Shown here piece by piece: positions 1 through 7,641 of a DNA stretch of 50,485 nucleotides. The notes under the pieces were generated by a model, which saw only the letters and a program-made list of their open reading frames with translations, did no database searches and was not told the DNA's origin. Numbering within the stretch: position 1 is the stretch's first letter; each line of letters opens with the position of its first letter. Position numbers and translations under genes: made by a program. Source of the stretch: a virus; the IMG/VR virus record IMGVR_UViG_3300023284_000253, positions 1 through 50,485 of that record; one strand, given 5' to 3'.

Positions 1-144
1 CACAAACAAATACGATTTACCCCCACATATAATTGATATGTTAAATCTGTCTGAGCGTCCAGAAGAGGGGGTGATTCGTATAACGTCATTGATCGATAGC
101 CCTTTGATCCGACGGCTGATGATTGACAAGTGGGACCAGATCAC
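1..144. repeat. Terminal direct repeat, left copy
   Basis: Bases 1-144 (cacaaacaaatacgattta...gggaccagatcac) recur exactly at 50342-50485; unit length 50341 bp. Confidence 0.9.
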
Positions 145-937
145 GGAGGATTATTCTGACCTATTGCCCGCAGCGGCAGGAACTATCTTTCATGCCTATG
201 CGGAATCAATAGATACACATGAGTTAATGGCCGAGCTAAAGAATATAGTATCTGGAGATCTGAGTAAATCCAGCAGAGAGCTTTTATCAAATCTTCAGCG
301 GGTGTTAAGTGACCATTCGACAGTTATACGGGAACGTCGTTTGTCTGTGGAAATAGATGGCTGGACCGTAACTGGGCAAACAGACCATTATGAACCGAAG
401 ACCGGAGTCATTCGGGATACAAAGTTCACCAAGGTGGGATATCTTAGCTTCAACTATGAGAAACTGACAGCTCAGATGAACTGCTATGCTTATCTGATAG
501 AAACACACGGAGGAAAGGTAACAGAGTTGCACGGGGATCTGTGGTACAAGAATTGGGACTGGAAAATACCTTTGTTTCAGCCGGATCTGGATTATCCCCC
601 TATCTCGTATCAGCCTGTCAAGGTTCCTCTCTGGACAATGGCACAACGAAAACAGTATATCAAGGATAGGCTTCACTATCACACCATGGCAGACAGAGAT
701 ATGTGTTCAGCAGATGAGAGATGGGAAACCCCCTCGACCTTCTCAGTGATGAAGCCTGGGGCATCAAGATCTTTGAGAAACCTAAATACCAGGGTAGAGG
801 CAGAAGCTTGGATCATTGGGAAGAATAAGAAGGGTGTTGAAGTAGTTGAGAGACGTGGAGGGTCTCTACGTTGTTTACATTTCTGTGCCCTGGGAAAATC
901 AGGTATATGCCCCTTTTATAAGGAGAATGTTAAATGA
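2..937 (+). CDS. PD-(D/E)XK nuclease, RecB/Cas4-like; 5' end lies in the terminal repeat
   Basis: Track ORF 38..937. The frame is open to base 2 and, via the repeat, back to GTG 50334 behind GGAGA. Motifs GQTDHY, IRDTKF (DxK), QMNCYAYL (QxxxY); C-terminal Cys cluster CLHFCALGKSGIC. Confidence 0.75.
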   Translation, partial: TNKYDLPPHIIDMLNLSERPEEGVIRITSLIDSPLIRRLMIDKWDQITEDYSDLLPAAAGTIFHAYAESIDTHELMAELKNIVSGDLSKSSRELLSNLQRVLSDHSTVIRERRLSVEIDGWTVTGQTDHYEPKTGVIRDTKFTKVGYLSFNYEKLTAQMNCYAYLIETHGGKVTELHGDLWYKNWDWKIPLFQPDLDYPPISYQPVKVPLWTMAQRKQYIKDRLHYHTMADRDMCSADERWETPSTFSVMKPGASRSLRNLNTRVEAEAWIIGKNKKGVEVVERRGGSLRCLHFCALGKSGICPFYKENVK

Positions 938-1224
938 AAATGCAAGAAGCTATGGATATCTTAAACAACAAGCCAAAAGGATTTATGGTCAGCTTTGAAC
1001 GCATAGAAGGGTGCATGTTGGCGTCAGATCATTTTCCCGATAAACATGCGGGAGAGACGCTGATTGCAACAGAATATGAAGCATGGGAGCTGGCTAGGGC
1101 ATTTGCTCGTGCAACTGAAGGTAAAACTTGTAACCTATACGTCATAGACTCACACTTTGTCCCGGTAGAGGCGTATCATGCCAGGCGTATTCCTAACAGG
1201 GAGGAGAATGTGAGATGTTTGTAA
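934..1224 (+). CDS. hypothetical protein (96 aa)
   Basis: Track ORF. ATGA stop-start overlap with the upstream gene; AAGGAG upstream. Confidence 0.7.
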   Translation: MKMQEAMDILNNKPKGFMVSFERIEGCMLASDHFPDKHAGETLIATEYEAWELARAFARATEGKTCNLYVIDSHFVPVEAYHARRIPNREENVRCL

Positions 1225-1376
1225 CTATATTAACAGAAAACGCTGAATATAAGGATAGTTTTCCCAAAGCATACCTTGATGAAGATAAAGCCATCAGTGT
1301 TGGCAAGAAAAATTTGCGTGAGAATGGTGGAAGTTGGGATAGCTGGGATGTTGTTACTTTAGAAGTAATAGAATAA
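1215..1376 (+). CDS. hypothetical small protein (53 aa)
   Basis: Hand-read ORF MFVTILTENAEY... GGAGAATGTGAG precedes the ATG; overlaps the upstream stop. Confidence 0.45.
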   Translation: MFVTILTENAEYKDSFPKAYLDEDKAISVGKKNLRENGGSWDSWDVVTLEVIE

Positions 1377-1378
1377 CG

Positions 1379-1486
1379 CTGAGAGCTCTTGAGAGGCCGC
1401 TGAAGGGCCTAACCCCTTTAAGGGGTACTAGATAGCCATAAACATAGATGGTGGCTCTAAGGGGCCTTTACGGACCTCAGGAAGGA
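1379..1486 (+). repeat. Intergenic structured repeat, copy A
   Basis: Aligns with copies B, C, D and E. Shared blocks: GAGAGCTCT, hairpin AGGCC-GGCCT, TAGATAGCCATAAACATAGATGG, CGGACCTCAGGAAGGA. Ends 8 nt before ATG 1495. Confidence 0.8.
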
Positions 1487-1494
1487 TGTGAGAT

Positions 1495-1665
1495 ATGAGT
1501 CAGTTCGCAGAGTATCACAATAATCATCCTATTCGGAAGCTGACCCCTAAAGAGGAGTATGAGTTAAGGGAAGCTATTGATGACCTGGATTTTCAGCCCC
1601 CACTTGAATCGATGCTGACCCCTTGGGAACAATATGAACTGGATCAAGAAAGAGGCTTGACATGA
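1495..1665 (+). CDS. hypothetical small protein (56 aa)
   Basis: Hand-read ORF MSQFAEYHNNHP... Its SD (GGAAGGA) is supplied by the 3' end of repeat A. Confidence 0.5.
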   Translation: MSQFAEYHNNHPIRKLTPKEEYELREAIDDLDFQPPLESMLTPWEQYELDQERGLT

Positions 1666-1835
1666 GAAATTGGTGGTGTAAAATGTTTCATTGGAGGTTT
1701 TATGGGCTTCATCTAGGTATGACCCCATGCCCCGACGTGCAGTTTCAGTTCTTGTACTGCGGTAAATGCCAGAAAATGATAGGGCACACAGAACACATGT
1801 TTGGTGCGTTCAAGATGGGTCACAGAGACTGTTGA
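1662..1835 (+). CDS. hypothetical Cys-containing small protein (57 aa)
   Basis: Hand-read ORF MRNWWCKMFHW...CGKCQKM... ATGA overlap with the upstream ORF. Confidence 0.45.
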   Translation: MRNWWCKMFHWRFYGLHLGMTPCPDVQFQFLYCGKCQKMIGHTEHMFGAFKMGHRDC

Positions 1836-1851
1836 CAGAAAGGAATTTGAC

Positions 1852-2001
1852 ATGGTATCTCAAGAAGAACAGGATGCAATAGAAGAATTTAAGAGGATAA
1901 TGAGCCTCCCAGTGACCGAGGACGAGATGATTAGCATAATTTGTAAGGGCTTTCAAATTGAAAACGATAAGGGGCCTGCAAAAGGCTTAGAAAGGACTTG
2001 A
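1852..2001 (+). CDS. hypothetical small protein (49 aa)
   Basis: Internal ATG of track ORF 1801..2001 (the track start is TTG). AAGGA lies 8 nt upstream of ATG 1852. Confidence 0.45.
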   Translation: MVSQEEQDAIEEFKRIMSLPVTEDEMISIICKGFQIENDKGPAKGLERT

Positions 2002-2002
2002 C

Positions 2003-2179
2003 ATGAGCCTAGAAATGAAGTATTTTGTGCTGAAGCCTCAGGGATTGACGGCACATGCTAGGGCATCAAGACACGCTATGTATGCTTATGCCCATGAAAT
2101 AATGGTTGATGATGAGCAATTGGGTGTTGAGTTGCTAAAATGGGTAGAAAAAGAAGAACAGGATGCTGACAATGCATAA
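2003..2179 (+). CDS. hypothetical small protein (58 aa)
   Basis: Hand-read ORF MSLEMKYFVLKPQGLTAHARASRHAMYAYA... Starts 2 nt after the upstream stop. Confidence 0.5.
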   Translation: MSLEMKYFVLKPQGLTAHARASRHAMYAYAHEIMVDDEQLGVELLKWVEKEEQDADNA

Positions 2180-2543
2180 AAGTATTTGGTACGCTACTAA
2201 GGGTAACACCGATTGGATCTTTGAACGACCTGATGTTTATGATGCTTTCATAGATTCCATTCCTGTAGGTGAGAAGCTGAAGATCACAATCCAGAACCCA
2301 CAGGAGGATAAGACACTGCCTCAGTTGCGTAAATACTATGCAGGGCCGGTGAAAGCACTCCAAAGTGTTGGTTATTCTAAGCAAGAAGCTGATGGCATCT
2401 TGAAGAGACAGTTCTTGACAAGAAACAAGGGAGAGAAGGGGGAATACGTAGCGTCAAAGGCAGACTTGACCAAAGATGAACTGCGAGTGTTAATAGACGA
2501 GTCAATAATGTGGTTAACTAGTAATGGCTTATTTGTTGAATGA
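2163..2543 (+). CDS. hypothetical protein (126 aa)
   Basis: Track ORF; alternative start at 2172. No motif I can assign with confidence. Confidence 0.7.
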   Translation: MLTMHKSIWYATKGNTDWIFERPDVYDAFIDSIPVGEKLKITIQNPQEDKTLPQLRKYYAGPVKALQSVGYSKQEADGILKRQFLTRNKGEKGEYVASKADLTKDELRVLIDESIMWLTSNGLFVE

Positions 2544-2555
2544 AAGGGTAAGACA

Positions 2556-2822
2556 ATGTTTGAGATTGTAGAAACGCCAGAAAAAGACACAAAAAGAACA
2601 ATCAATATGAGGGATATGAAACCCTTGCAGGTAGGTAAAATAGTGGGGGATACTATTTATGTGGGTCATATTGTTATGAAAACCCAAATGAATGGCGGCA
2701 CCGAGGTCCTAGACCTGTCACATCCTGAATCGGGTTCTTGGTCTAGGGGTACTCTGACCGTTGAACTACTCCCCCCTGGAGAAGAGGTGCATCTGAGACT
2801 ATTTAATGAGGTGATAGAATGA
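2556..2822 (+). CDS. hypothetical protein (88 aa)
   Basis: Track ORF. AAGGGTAAGACA precedes the ATG; ATGA overlap with the next gene. Confidence 0.7.
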   Translation: MFEIVETPEKDTKRTINMRDMKPLQVGKIVGDTIYVGHIVMKTQMNGGTEVLDLSHPESGSWSRGTLTVELLPPGEEVHLRLFNEVIE

Positions 2823-3265
2823 AAGTGCGTTTAAAGACATTAGATGAGATGTTTCAAGAAGGGCTGACACTAGCAGTAAAGCCAGACCGTGTGACCTGTA
2901 AGAACAAAGAAGGATTTTATAGCGATGATGATTCACAAACTGCACAAAAAACACAAGAGTTCTACGAGACGGAATGTTTAGGAAGCAGTAGCTACTACTC
3001 CGTTTCATGCCCCGGCTCAAGAACTGGGATGTGGGCCAAGTGGGCCTGTGAGGTCAAAGAGGAGGTTGCAGTAGATACTGGCTCAACAAAAGAAGACCTG
3101 ATCGTTGCCCATAGCAATGGTTGGACCACTCGCACCAAAGGCAAAAAGTTATTTGCCACACAGGGTCAAGGTAACGAATTTGAGGTAGCAGCCCCATCAA
3201 GACACATGACACACGAGGAAGTCGAACATGAGTTGGGTTATAAATATGTAATACTACCATTTTAA
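2819..3265 (+). CDS. hypothetical protein (148 aa), C-terminus ...YVILPF
   Basis: Track ORF, tightly packed. Followed by the 19-nt motif ccattttaagaaaggaaca. Confidence 0.7.
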   Translation: MKVRLKTLDEMFQEGLTLAVKPDRVTCKNKEGFYSDDDSQTAQKTQEFYETECLGSSSYYSVSCPGSRTGMWAKWACEVKEEVAVDTGSTKEDLIVAHSNGWTTRTKGKKLFATQGQGNEFEVAAPSRHMTHEEVEHELGYKYVILPF

Positions 3266-3279
3266 GAAAGGAACAAGAC

Positions 3280-3579
3280 ATGTCGCCATACCAACAGAAC
3301 AGGACCAAAGTCAACACAGAGAACATCAATGTATACGGAATAAATAAAGATGGTAGCCGAAAGGAGTTCTACGACACAATTGGGCAAGTATTGACCTTCA
3401 GTGATGGCGAGCGGGTTGTCGTAATTAAATGGCCGAAAGCGTGGGGTATTATTGAGCCTGTGCCGCAGCGGGTACAACAAGGTGGACAACAGCAGCAATA
3501 TGTTCAACCAACCCTACAGCAGGCTCCACCACAACAAGCAGCCCCAGTAGTAGTTCCGCAGGGTGAAATACCGTTTTAA
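3280..3579 (+). CDS. hypothetical protein with Q/P-rich linker and SSB-like C-terminal tip (GEIPF)
   Basis: Track ORF. C-terminal third is QQGGQQQQYVQPTLQQAPPQQAAPVVVPQGEIPF, which resembles the bacterial SSB linker plus IPF tip. The N-terminal fold is not recognisable. Confidence 0.6.
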   Translation: MSPYQQNRTKVNTENINVYGINKDGSRKEFYDTIGQVLTFSDGERVVVIKWPKAWGIIEPVPQRVQQGGQQQQYVQPTLQQAPPQQAAPVVVPQGEIPF

Positions 3580-3703
3580 GAAAGGAACAGAGCTGGTGGC
3601 GTGTTATCACGTGGTCGGTACATCCAAAAACGCAGAATATGAGAGCCGACTCTGGCCCAGCTCATATATCAGGGTCAAGGAGGACCTTTCTTTTGGAGGA
3701 AGC

Positions 3704-4045
3704 ATGGATATTTTATTTTATCTTTTAGCGGGTCACATGTTAGCGGATTTTGCATTGCAGAGTGATGCAATGGCAAAAGGAAAGAACCGGAACAACAAAA
3801 CAATTCCTCCGCCTGGGGCAAAGTACACTCCTTGTTGGGGCTATTGGCTGACAGCTCACAGTGGGGTACATGCATTGATGGTGGCATTGGCTACGGGAAG
3901 CTGGGTACTGGGAGCATGTGAGTGGGTCATACACTGGGTAATTGATTTTCTAAAGTGTGAAAATAAGTTTGGTGTACATGTAGACCAAGCATTACACATA
4001 GGATGCAAGATTACTTGGTTTTTGTTCATTGTCATAGAAACGTAA
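3704..4045 (+). CDS. DUF3307-like integral membrane protein
   Basis: Internal ATG of track ORF 3563..4045, behind GGAGGAAGC. N-terminus MDILFYLLAGHMLADFALQSDAMAKGK fits the H-x-x-A-D-F-x-L-Q signature; several hydrophobic helices. A GTG near 3597 is an alternative start. Confidence 0.6.
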   Translation: MDILFYLLAGHMLADFALQSDAMAKGKNRNNKTIPPPGAKYTPCWGYWLTAHSGVHALMVALATGSWVLGACEWVIHWVIDFLKCENKFGVHVDQALHIGCKITWFLFIVIET

Positions 4046-4233
4046 TGAGAAAACAGAAACACATGCTTAGATACTGCCCGTCATGCGGCACCAAGCATCG
4101 GATAAATGAGTGGGGAAAATACTATGTGGGCTTTACAGTCTACCACACATCCACAGGTTCCAGTCCAGAACCGCTACTAGTTTGTACCCAGTGCAACTAT
4201 ACTTTTGGTATAAAATGGAAGCGTCGGAAATGA
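4045..4233 (+). CDS. zinc-ribbon small protein (62 aa)
   Basis: Internal ATG of track ORF 4003..4233, overlapping the upstream stop. CPSCG...CTQCN pair. Confidence 0.55.
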   Translation: MRKQKHMLRYCPSCGTKHRINEWGKYYVGFTVYHTSTGSSPEPLLVCTQCNYTFGIKWKRRK

Positions 4234-5003
4234 ATTTAGAAATAGTCCATGAAAATGCTGATGAGATCCTGGCCTTTTGCTGCTTCCACAACGACACAGG
4301 CAGGCCAAACATGTTGTTGAACAAATCGGGAGAGTTCGCAGGGAAATATGTCTGCTGGTCCTGCGGTGCCCGGGGAAACATTGCAGATCTTGGGCTGGAG
4401 GTAGACGTCAAGAAAACCAGGCGCAAGAAGAAACAATCTCCGAGAGAGATGCACGGGATATGGGCCGAACTGCCTTACGCAGATGAATGGATCGTGCCCA
4501 CGGAACATCTGAGAGCGTATGGTGTAAAATGGAACAAGGAAGAACAATGTTGGGTATGCCCCATGCTGAACCCTAAAAGTCAGATATGTGGGCTTCAGCG
4601 ACGGTTCAAGAATGGCAGGAAGATATGTGTCAGTGGGTCCAAGTTGGGAGTGTTCACCACGTCAGCCCCCTGGCAGGAAAAATTAGTAATATGCGAGGGT
4701 TATTCGGATACTGATGCAGCAGCCACACTAGGATTCTGGTCCATTGGACGCCCCTGTGCCGCTGTATATAAACCAGTGGTGGATTGGATCTGGGCACACG
4801 GTGCGAACAACAATAGGATTGTGATTATATCAGACGGGAATGAAGTAGAACGAGCAGCAGCCGTGGAGCTATCTGATCGAATAAGACTAGGCCATCGCCA
4901 CGTTAGAGTTGAGTACCCAACCCACAAGGACTTATCTGAGGACATTGCAGCAGGTCTAGGAGATCAATGGATAGAAAGGATACAAAATGGGACTAGGATC
5001 TAA
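4230..5003 (+). CDS. DNA primase (CHC2 zinc finger + TOPRIM)
   Basis: Within track ORF 4110..5003; ATGA overlap start at 4230 (alternative 4215). CHC2 finger CFHNDTGRPN...YVCWSCGARGN; TOPRIM motifs LVICEGYSD and VIISDGNE. Confidence 0.8.
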   Translation: MNLEIVHENADEILAFCCFHNDTGRPNMLLNKSGEFAGKYVCWSCGARGNIADLGLEVDVKKTRRKKKQSPREMHGIWAELPYADEWIVPTEHLRAYGVKWNKEEQCWVCPMLNPKSQICGLQRRFKNGRKICVSGSKLGVFTTSAPWQEKLVICEGYSDTDAAATLGFWSIGRPCAAVYKPVVDWIWAHGANNNRIVIISDGNEVERAAAVELSDRIRLGHRHVRVEYPTHKDLSEDIAAGLGDQWIERIQNGTRI

Positions 5004-5181
5004 CAGAATTCCAAAGAGCAACCGATCAATGGCCATCACAGCATATCTGAGCAATATCGATGTCTTGGATCACACAGAATATGTTTGCAGTTTAGAGCCA
5101 GATCGTCCAGCAAGATATAAAATGCTGTCAATATTTGTGAACACCTTCAAAAAAGGTGGATCAGACATGGTCTTGGCGTGA
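4987..5181 (+). CDS. hypothetical protein (64 aa)
   Basis: Track ORF. AAAGGA lies 7 nt upstream of the ATG; overlaps the primase 3' end. Confidence 0.55.
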   Translation: MGLGSNRIPKSNRSMAITAYLSNIDVLDHTEYVCSLEPDRPARYKMLSIFVNTFKKGGSDMVLA

Positions 5182-5285
5182 GAGGCTCTCACAGCCTGCT
5201 GGAGCGACGATCTCTTCTAAGGGCCACTAGACAGCCATTAAAAGAGATGGGGCCTTGTACACCCCTTCACGGGCCTCAGGAAGGA
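5180..5285 (+). repeat. Intergenic structured repeat, copy B
   Basis: Hairpins AGGCT-AGCCT and ATCTCTT-AAGAGAT. The 27-mer ctcacagcctgctggagcgacgatctc (5188-5214) is identical to 34448-34474. 3' block CGGGCCTCAGGAAGGA lies just before ATG 5290. Confidence 0.85.
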
Positions 5286-5289
5286 AACT

Positions 5290-5412
5290 ATGACTAGGAA
5301 ACAACAGGCAGCAGAAATCAGGAGGTTGAGGAAGGTATACTTCAACTCTCAGCATCCCAGCATGTGCAATTATTTGGTGAGACAAACGACAGAAAGGAGA
5401 AAGAAGAGATGA
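5290..5412 (+). CDS. hypothetical basic micro-protein (40 aa)
   Basis: Hand-read ORF MTRKQQAAEIRRLRKVYF... SD supplied by repeat B; ATGA overlap with the RNA ligase start. Confidence 0.35.
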   Translation: MTRKQQAAEIRRLRKVYFNSQHPSMCNYLVRQTTERRKKR

Positions 5413-6518
5413 GCAAAGCAATCATTGTAACACTGGACAACGTAAGACCACATCCCAATGCAGATAGACTGAAGCTGGCCACAGTACTAGGGCAACAGAT
5501 AGTGGTGGGTCTAGAGGCCTACGAAGGGCAGGTGATGGTGTTCTTTGACTCCTCCCTGAGGATTGATCACCGCCTTCTGAGAGACAACAACCTTTATGCC
5601 AAGGCAGAGCTTAACAAAGACCCAACTGTGAAGGGTTACTTCTCCAGTAATGGGAAGGTGAAGTGTCAGAACTTCAGAGGAGAACCATCAGAGGGGTTTG
5701 TGATGGGTCTATTATCTGTAGGGGTGTGTTACCCAGCGGTGGGTCATGAGTTTGATAGCGTGGACGGACAGCCCGTGTGCAGCAAAGCCGTGCTGGATGT
5801 AAAACTATTTAAGCCTGGAACGGCCTTCAAGAACTTCCCCAAGCATTGGGACACCAAGCAACTGATGAGAGAAGGTCTGCCAGACAACACTGAGTGCTGG
5901 GTGGAAGAAAAGGTTCATGGAACCAGTGCAAGAGTGGCCAAGATTAAGAACGAAAAGAAATGGTGGCAATTCTGGAAGCCAGATTGGGTTGTGGTCAGCG
6001 GTACTAGACGAAAGGACAACCTCTTGGGGCATATACCGCTTGTTCGTCAAGCTCTAGAAAACCAAGTAAAGGATCAACTGAAGTGTGGGGAACAGATATA
6101 TGTGGAGATCTATGGGTTTGGTGGCGGTATTGCGCAGAACAAAGAAATACAGCCAGGGTTCCATTATGACTGTAAGCCAGGAGAATTTAAGTTCCTGCTT
6201 TACAGAGTAACAATGACTGGACATAATTGGTGGGTAGAGCTTCCCAGGAAAGAGGTTTACAGGAGGGCCGAAGAACTTGGGTTGGTGAAACCACATTTAC
6301 TAGAAATAAACTCATACGATACCCCGGAAACAATCTCAAAATGGTGCAACATAAAACATTCACACTACGACCCCAATACTCTGATGGAAGGTGTATGTGT
6401 ATGGTTCCAGAAGCCTAACCTAGCATGGACCTGCTTGAAGCATAAGTCCCCAGAGTTCCTAGCTCTCACTAGTAAACAGTTTGACAAGGGAGAAGGTGAT
6501 GTAGAAGATGGGCTGTAA
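5409..6518 (+). CDS. ATP-dependent RNA ligase, DraRnl/Rnl2-like
   Basis: Internal ATG of track ORF 5364..6518, behind AAAGGAGAAAG. N-terminal HPNADRLKLATV domain; motif I EEKVHGTSARV (KxxG lysine), IYVEIYG, LKHKSPEF. Confidence 0.75.
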   Translation: MSKAIIVTLDNVRPHPNADRLKLATVLGQQIVVGLEAYEGQVMVFFDSSLRIDHRLLRDNNLYAKAELNKDPTVKGYFSSNGKVKCQNFRGEPSEGFVMGLLSVGVCYPAVGHEFDSVDGQPVCSKAVLDVKLFKPGTAFKNFPKHWDTKQLMREGLPDNTECWVEEKVHGTSARVAKIKNEKKWWQFWKPDWVVVSGTRRKDNLLGHIPLVRQALENQVKDQLKCGEQIYVEIYGFGGGIAQNKEIQPGFHYDCKPGEFKFLLYRVTMTGHNWWVELPRKEVYRRAEELGLVKPHLLEINSYDTPETISKWCNIKHSHYDPNTLMEGVCVWFQKPNLAWTCLKHKSPEFLALTSKQFDKGEGDVEDGL

Positions 6519-6807
6519 GAAACCAAACACCCCTAGATCTCACATTAAGAATTGTCTTCGCCAGCTAGTCTTACGGTCAAGAGAGAGGGCGAGAGCACTT
6601 AAAGCCACGGGATACTGCTGCACCGATTGTGGTATCAAGCAAAGCAAAGCAAAGGGACGAGAGGTGGCCATACAAGTACATCACGATCCCCCGTTAGAAG
6701 ATCAATGGGAAGAAGTGATTGATAGGGTGGTGGAGTTATTAGCGTCCCCACAATATCCATTATGCTGCCCCTGCCATGACTTACGACATGGAATATTACA
6801 CCTATGA
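6508..6807 (+). CDS. HNH-like zinc-binding nuclease domain protein
   Basis: Track ORF. CCTDCG...VHHDPP...CCPCHDLRH pattern (CxxC, HH, CxCH). Confidence 0.55.
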   Translation: MGCKKPNTPRSHIKNCLRQLVLRSRERARALKATGYCCTDCGIKQSKAKGREVAIQVHHDPPLEDQWEEVIDRVVELLASPQYPLCCPCHDLRHGILHL

Positions 6808-7169
6808 ACAAAGCAATCAAAAATAAGATTGAATGCCTGCTAACTAAGATAGGGAAGACGTGTTGCTGTGCGATATGTGGTATGGTTCCTGCTTGTCTGC
6901 ACCATATTCTGCCCAAAAGCACGCATCCACATCTGATTGCACAGCCTCTTAACTTATTACCTTTAGGCAACACGCACCACACACTGAGTGATATCTTAGC
7001 CCCTCACAGCAGTAATTGGAGAGCGAGGATAGCTTTTGACAACTGGCTCACAGAGAATCGACCTGAACAAGCAGCATGGATAGACGAGATGAGAAACGCA
7101 GTCCCGAGTCATGTTGACTGGGAAGCGGAATATCAGAATCTAAAAGACAATCAACACAACATTCATTGA
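6804..7169 (+). CDS. HNH-like nuclease domain protein
   Basis: Track ORF. CAICG...CLHHILPKS...NLLPLGNTHH pattern; ATGA overlap with the upstream gene. Confidence 0.55.
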   Translation: MNKAIKNKIECLLTKIGKTCCCAICGMVPACLHHILPKSTHPHLIAQPLNLLPLGNTHHTLSDILAPHSSNWRARIAFDNWLTENRPEQAAWIDEMRNAVPSHVDWEAEYQNLKDNQHNIH

Positions 7170-7179
7170 AAGGAACATC

Positions 7180-7422
7180 ATGTTAAAACAAGTATCACTA
7201 GCAACATCAGAGGTAGTAACCCTGACAGAAGTAGCAGAGGAAGATCCCATCTTTGCAAAACGAGGCGGGGTCTTGAGGGGCATGGTTGTCCAAGAGTTAT
7301 CGGGTTGGATTTTGAAAACTGGTGGCCTTACTGGAGCCTATGGGTACTACAAAAGTCGTACAGAATGTTTAAAACGCGGGTTAACACTGAACTACAAATT
7401 CTTTGTTGACTCAGCCAATTAA
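7180..7422 (+). CDS. hypothetical protein (80 aa), last gene of the plus arm
   Basis: Track ORF; GAAAGGAACATC precedes the ATG. Confidence 0.65.
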   Translation: MLKQVSLATSEVVTLTEVAEEDPIFAKRGGVLRGMVVQELSGWILKTGGLTGAYGYYKSRTECLKRGLTLNYKFFVDSAN

Positions 7423-7596
7423 GACAATCAGTACGGTGACAGCAGCAGCGATCAAACAAGTGGTCAAGGATACGGTCCACCTCAAATGGCTTGTGAGGTG
7501 TCGGTCAAACGCAGCGCGGAGCCATTTAAGATCTGCTCGAGTGGCGGCAGCATTTGCTTTGATCTCAGCAATGTCTTCAAACAATTGATTTGACAT
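7411..7596 (-). CDS. small tail-anchored membrane protein (holin-like candidate)
   Basis: Track ORF. ATG behind AGGAAAAG. Amphipathic N-terminus plus C-terminal TM helix VSLTTCLIAAAVTVLIVLIG. Preferred over the antisense TTG-start ORF 7403..7588. Confidence 0.55.
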   Translation of the reverse strand: MSNQLFEDIAEIKANAAATRADLKWLRAAFDRHLTSHLRWTVSLTTCLIAAAVTVLIVLIG

Positions 7597-7641
7597 TTTC
7601 TTTTCCTAGGGCCAAGGATGGCCTTTCCTTTTGGAGCAAAT

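Noticed and set aside
3563-3703. N-terminal 47 codons of track ORF 3563..4045, overlapping the end of 3280..3579.
   Set aside because: ATG 3704 has a strong GGAGGAAGC SD and begins exactly at the DUF3307-type motif. The upstream part may be untranslated, or may start at GTG ~3597. This is left unresolved rather than annotated.
7403-7588. Plus-strand 61-aa ORF overlapping 7411..7596.
   Set aside because: It has a TTG start without an SD. The antisense ORF has an ATG, an SD and a convincing C-terminal TM helix. A plus-oriented hairpin with a T-run at 7607-7630 made me hesitate, but that T-run also contains the SD of ORF 7642.
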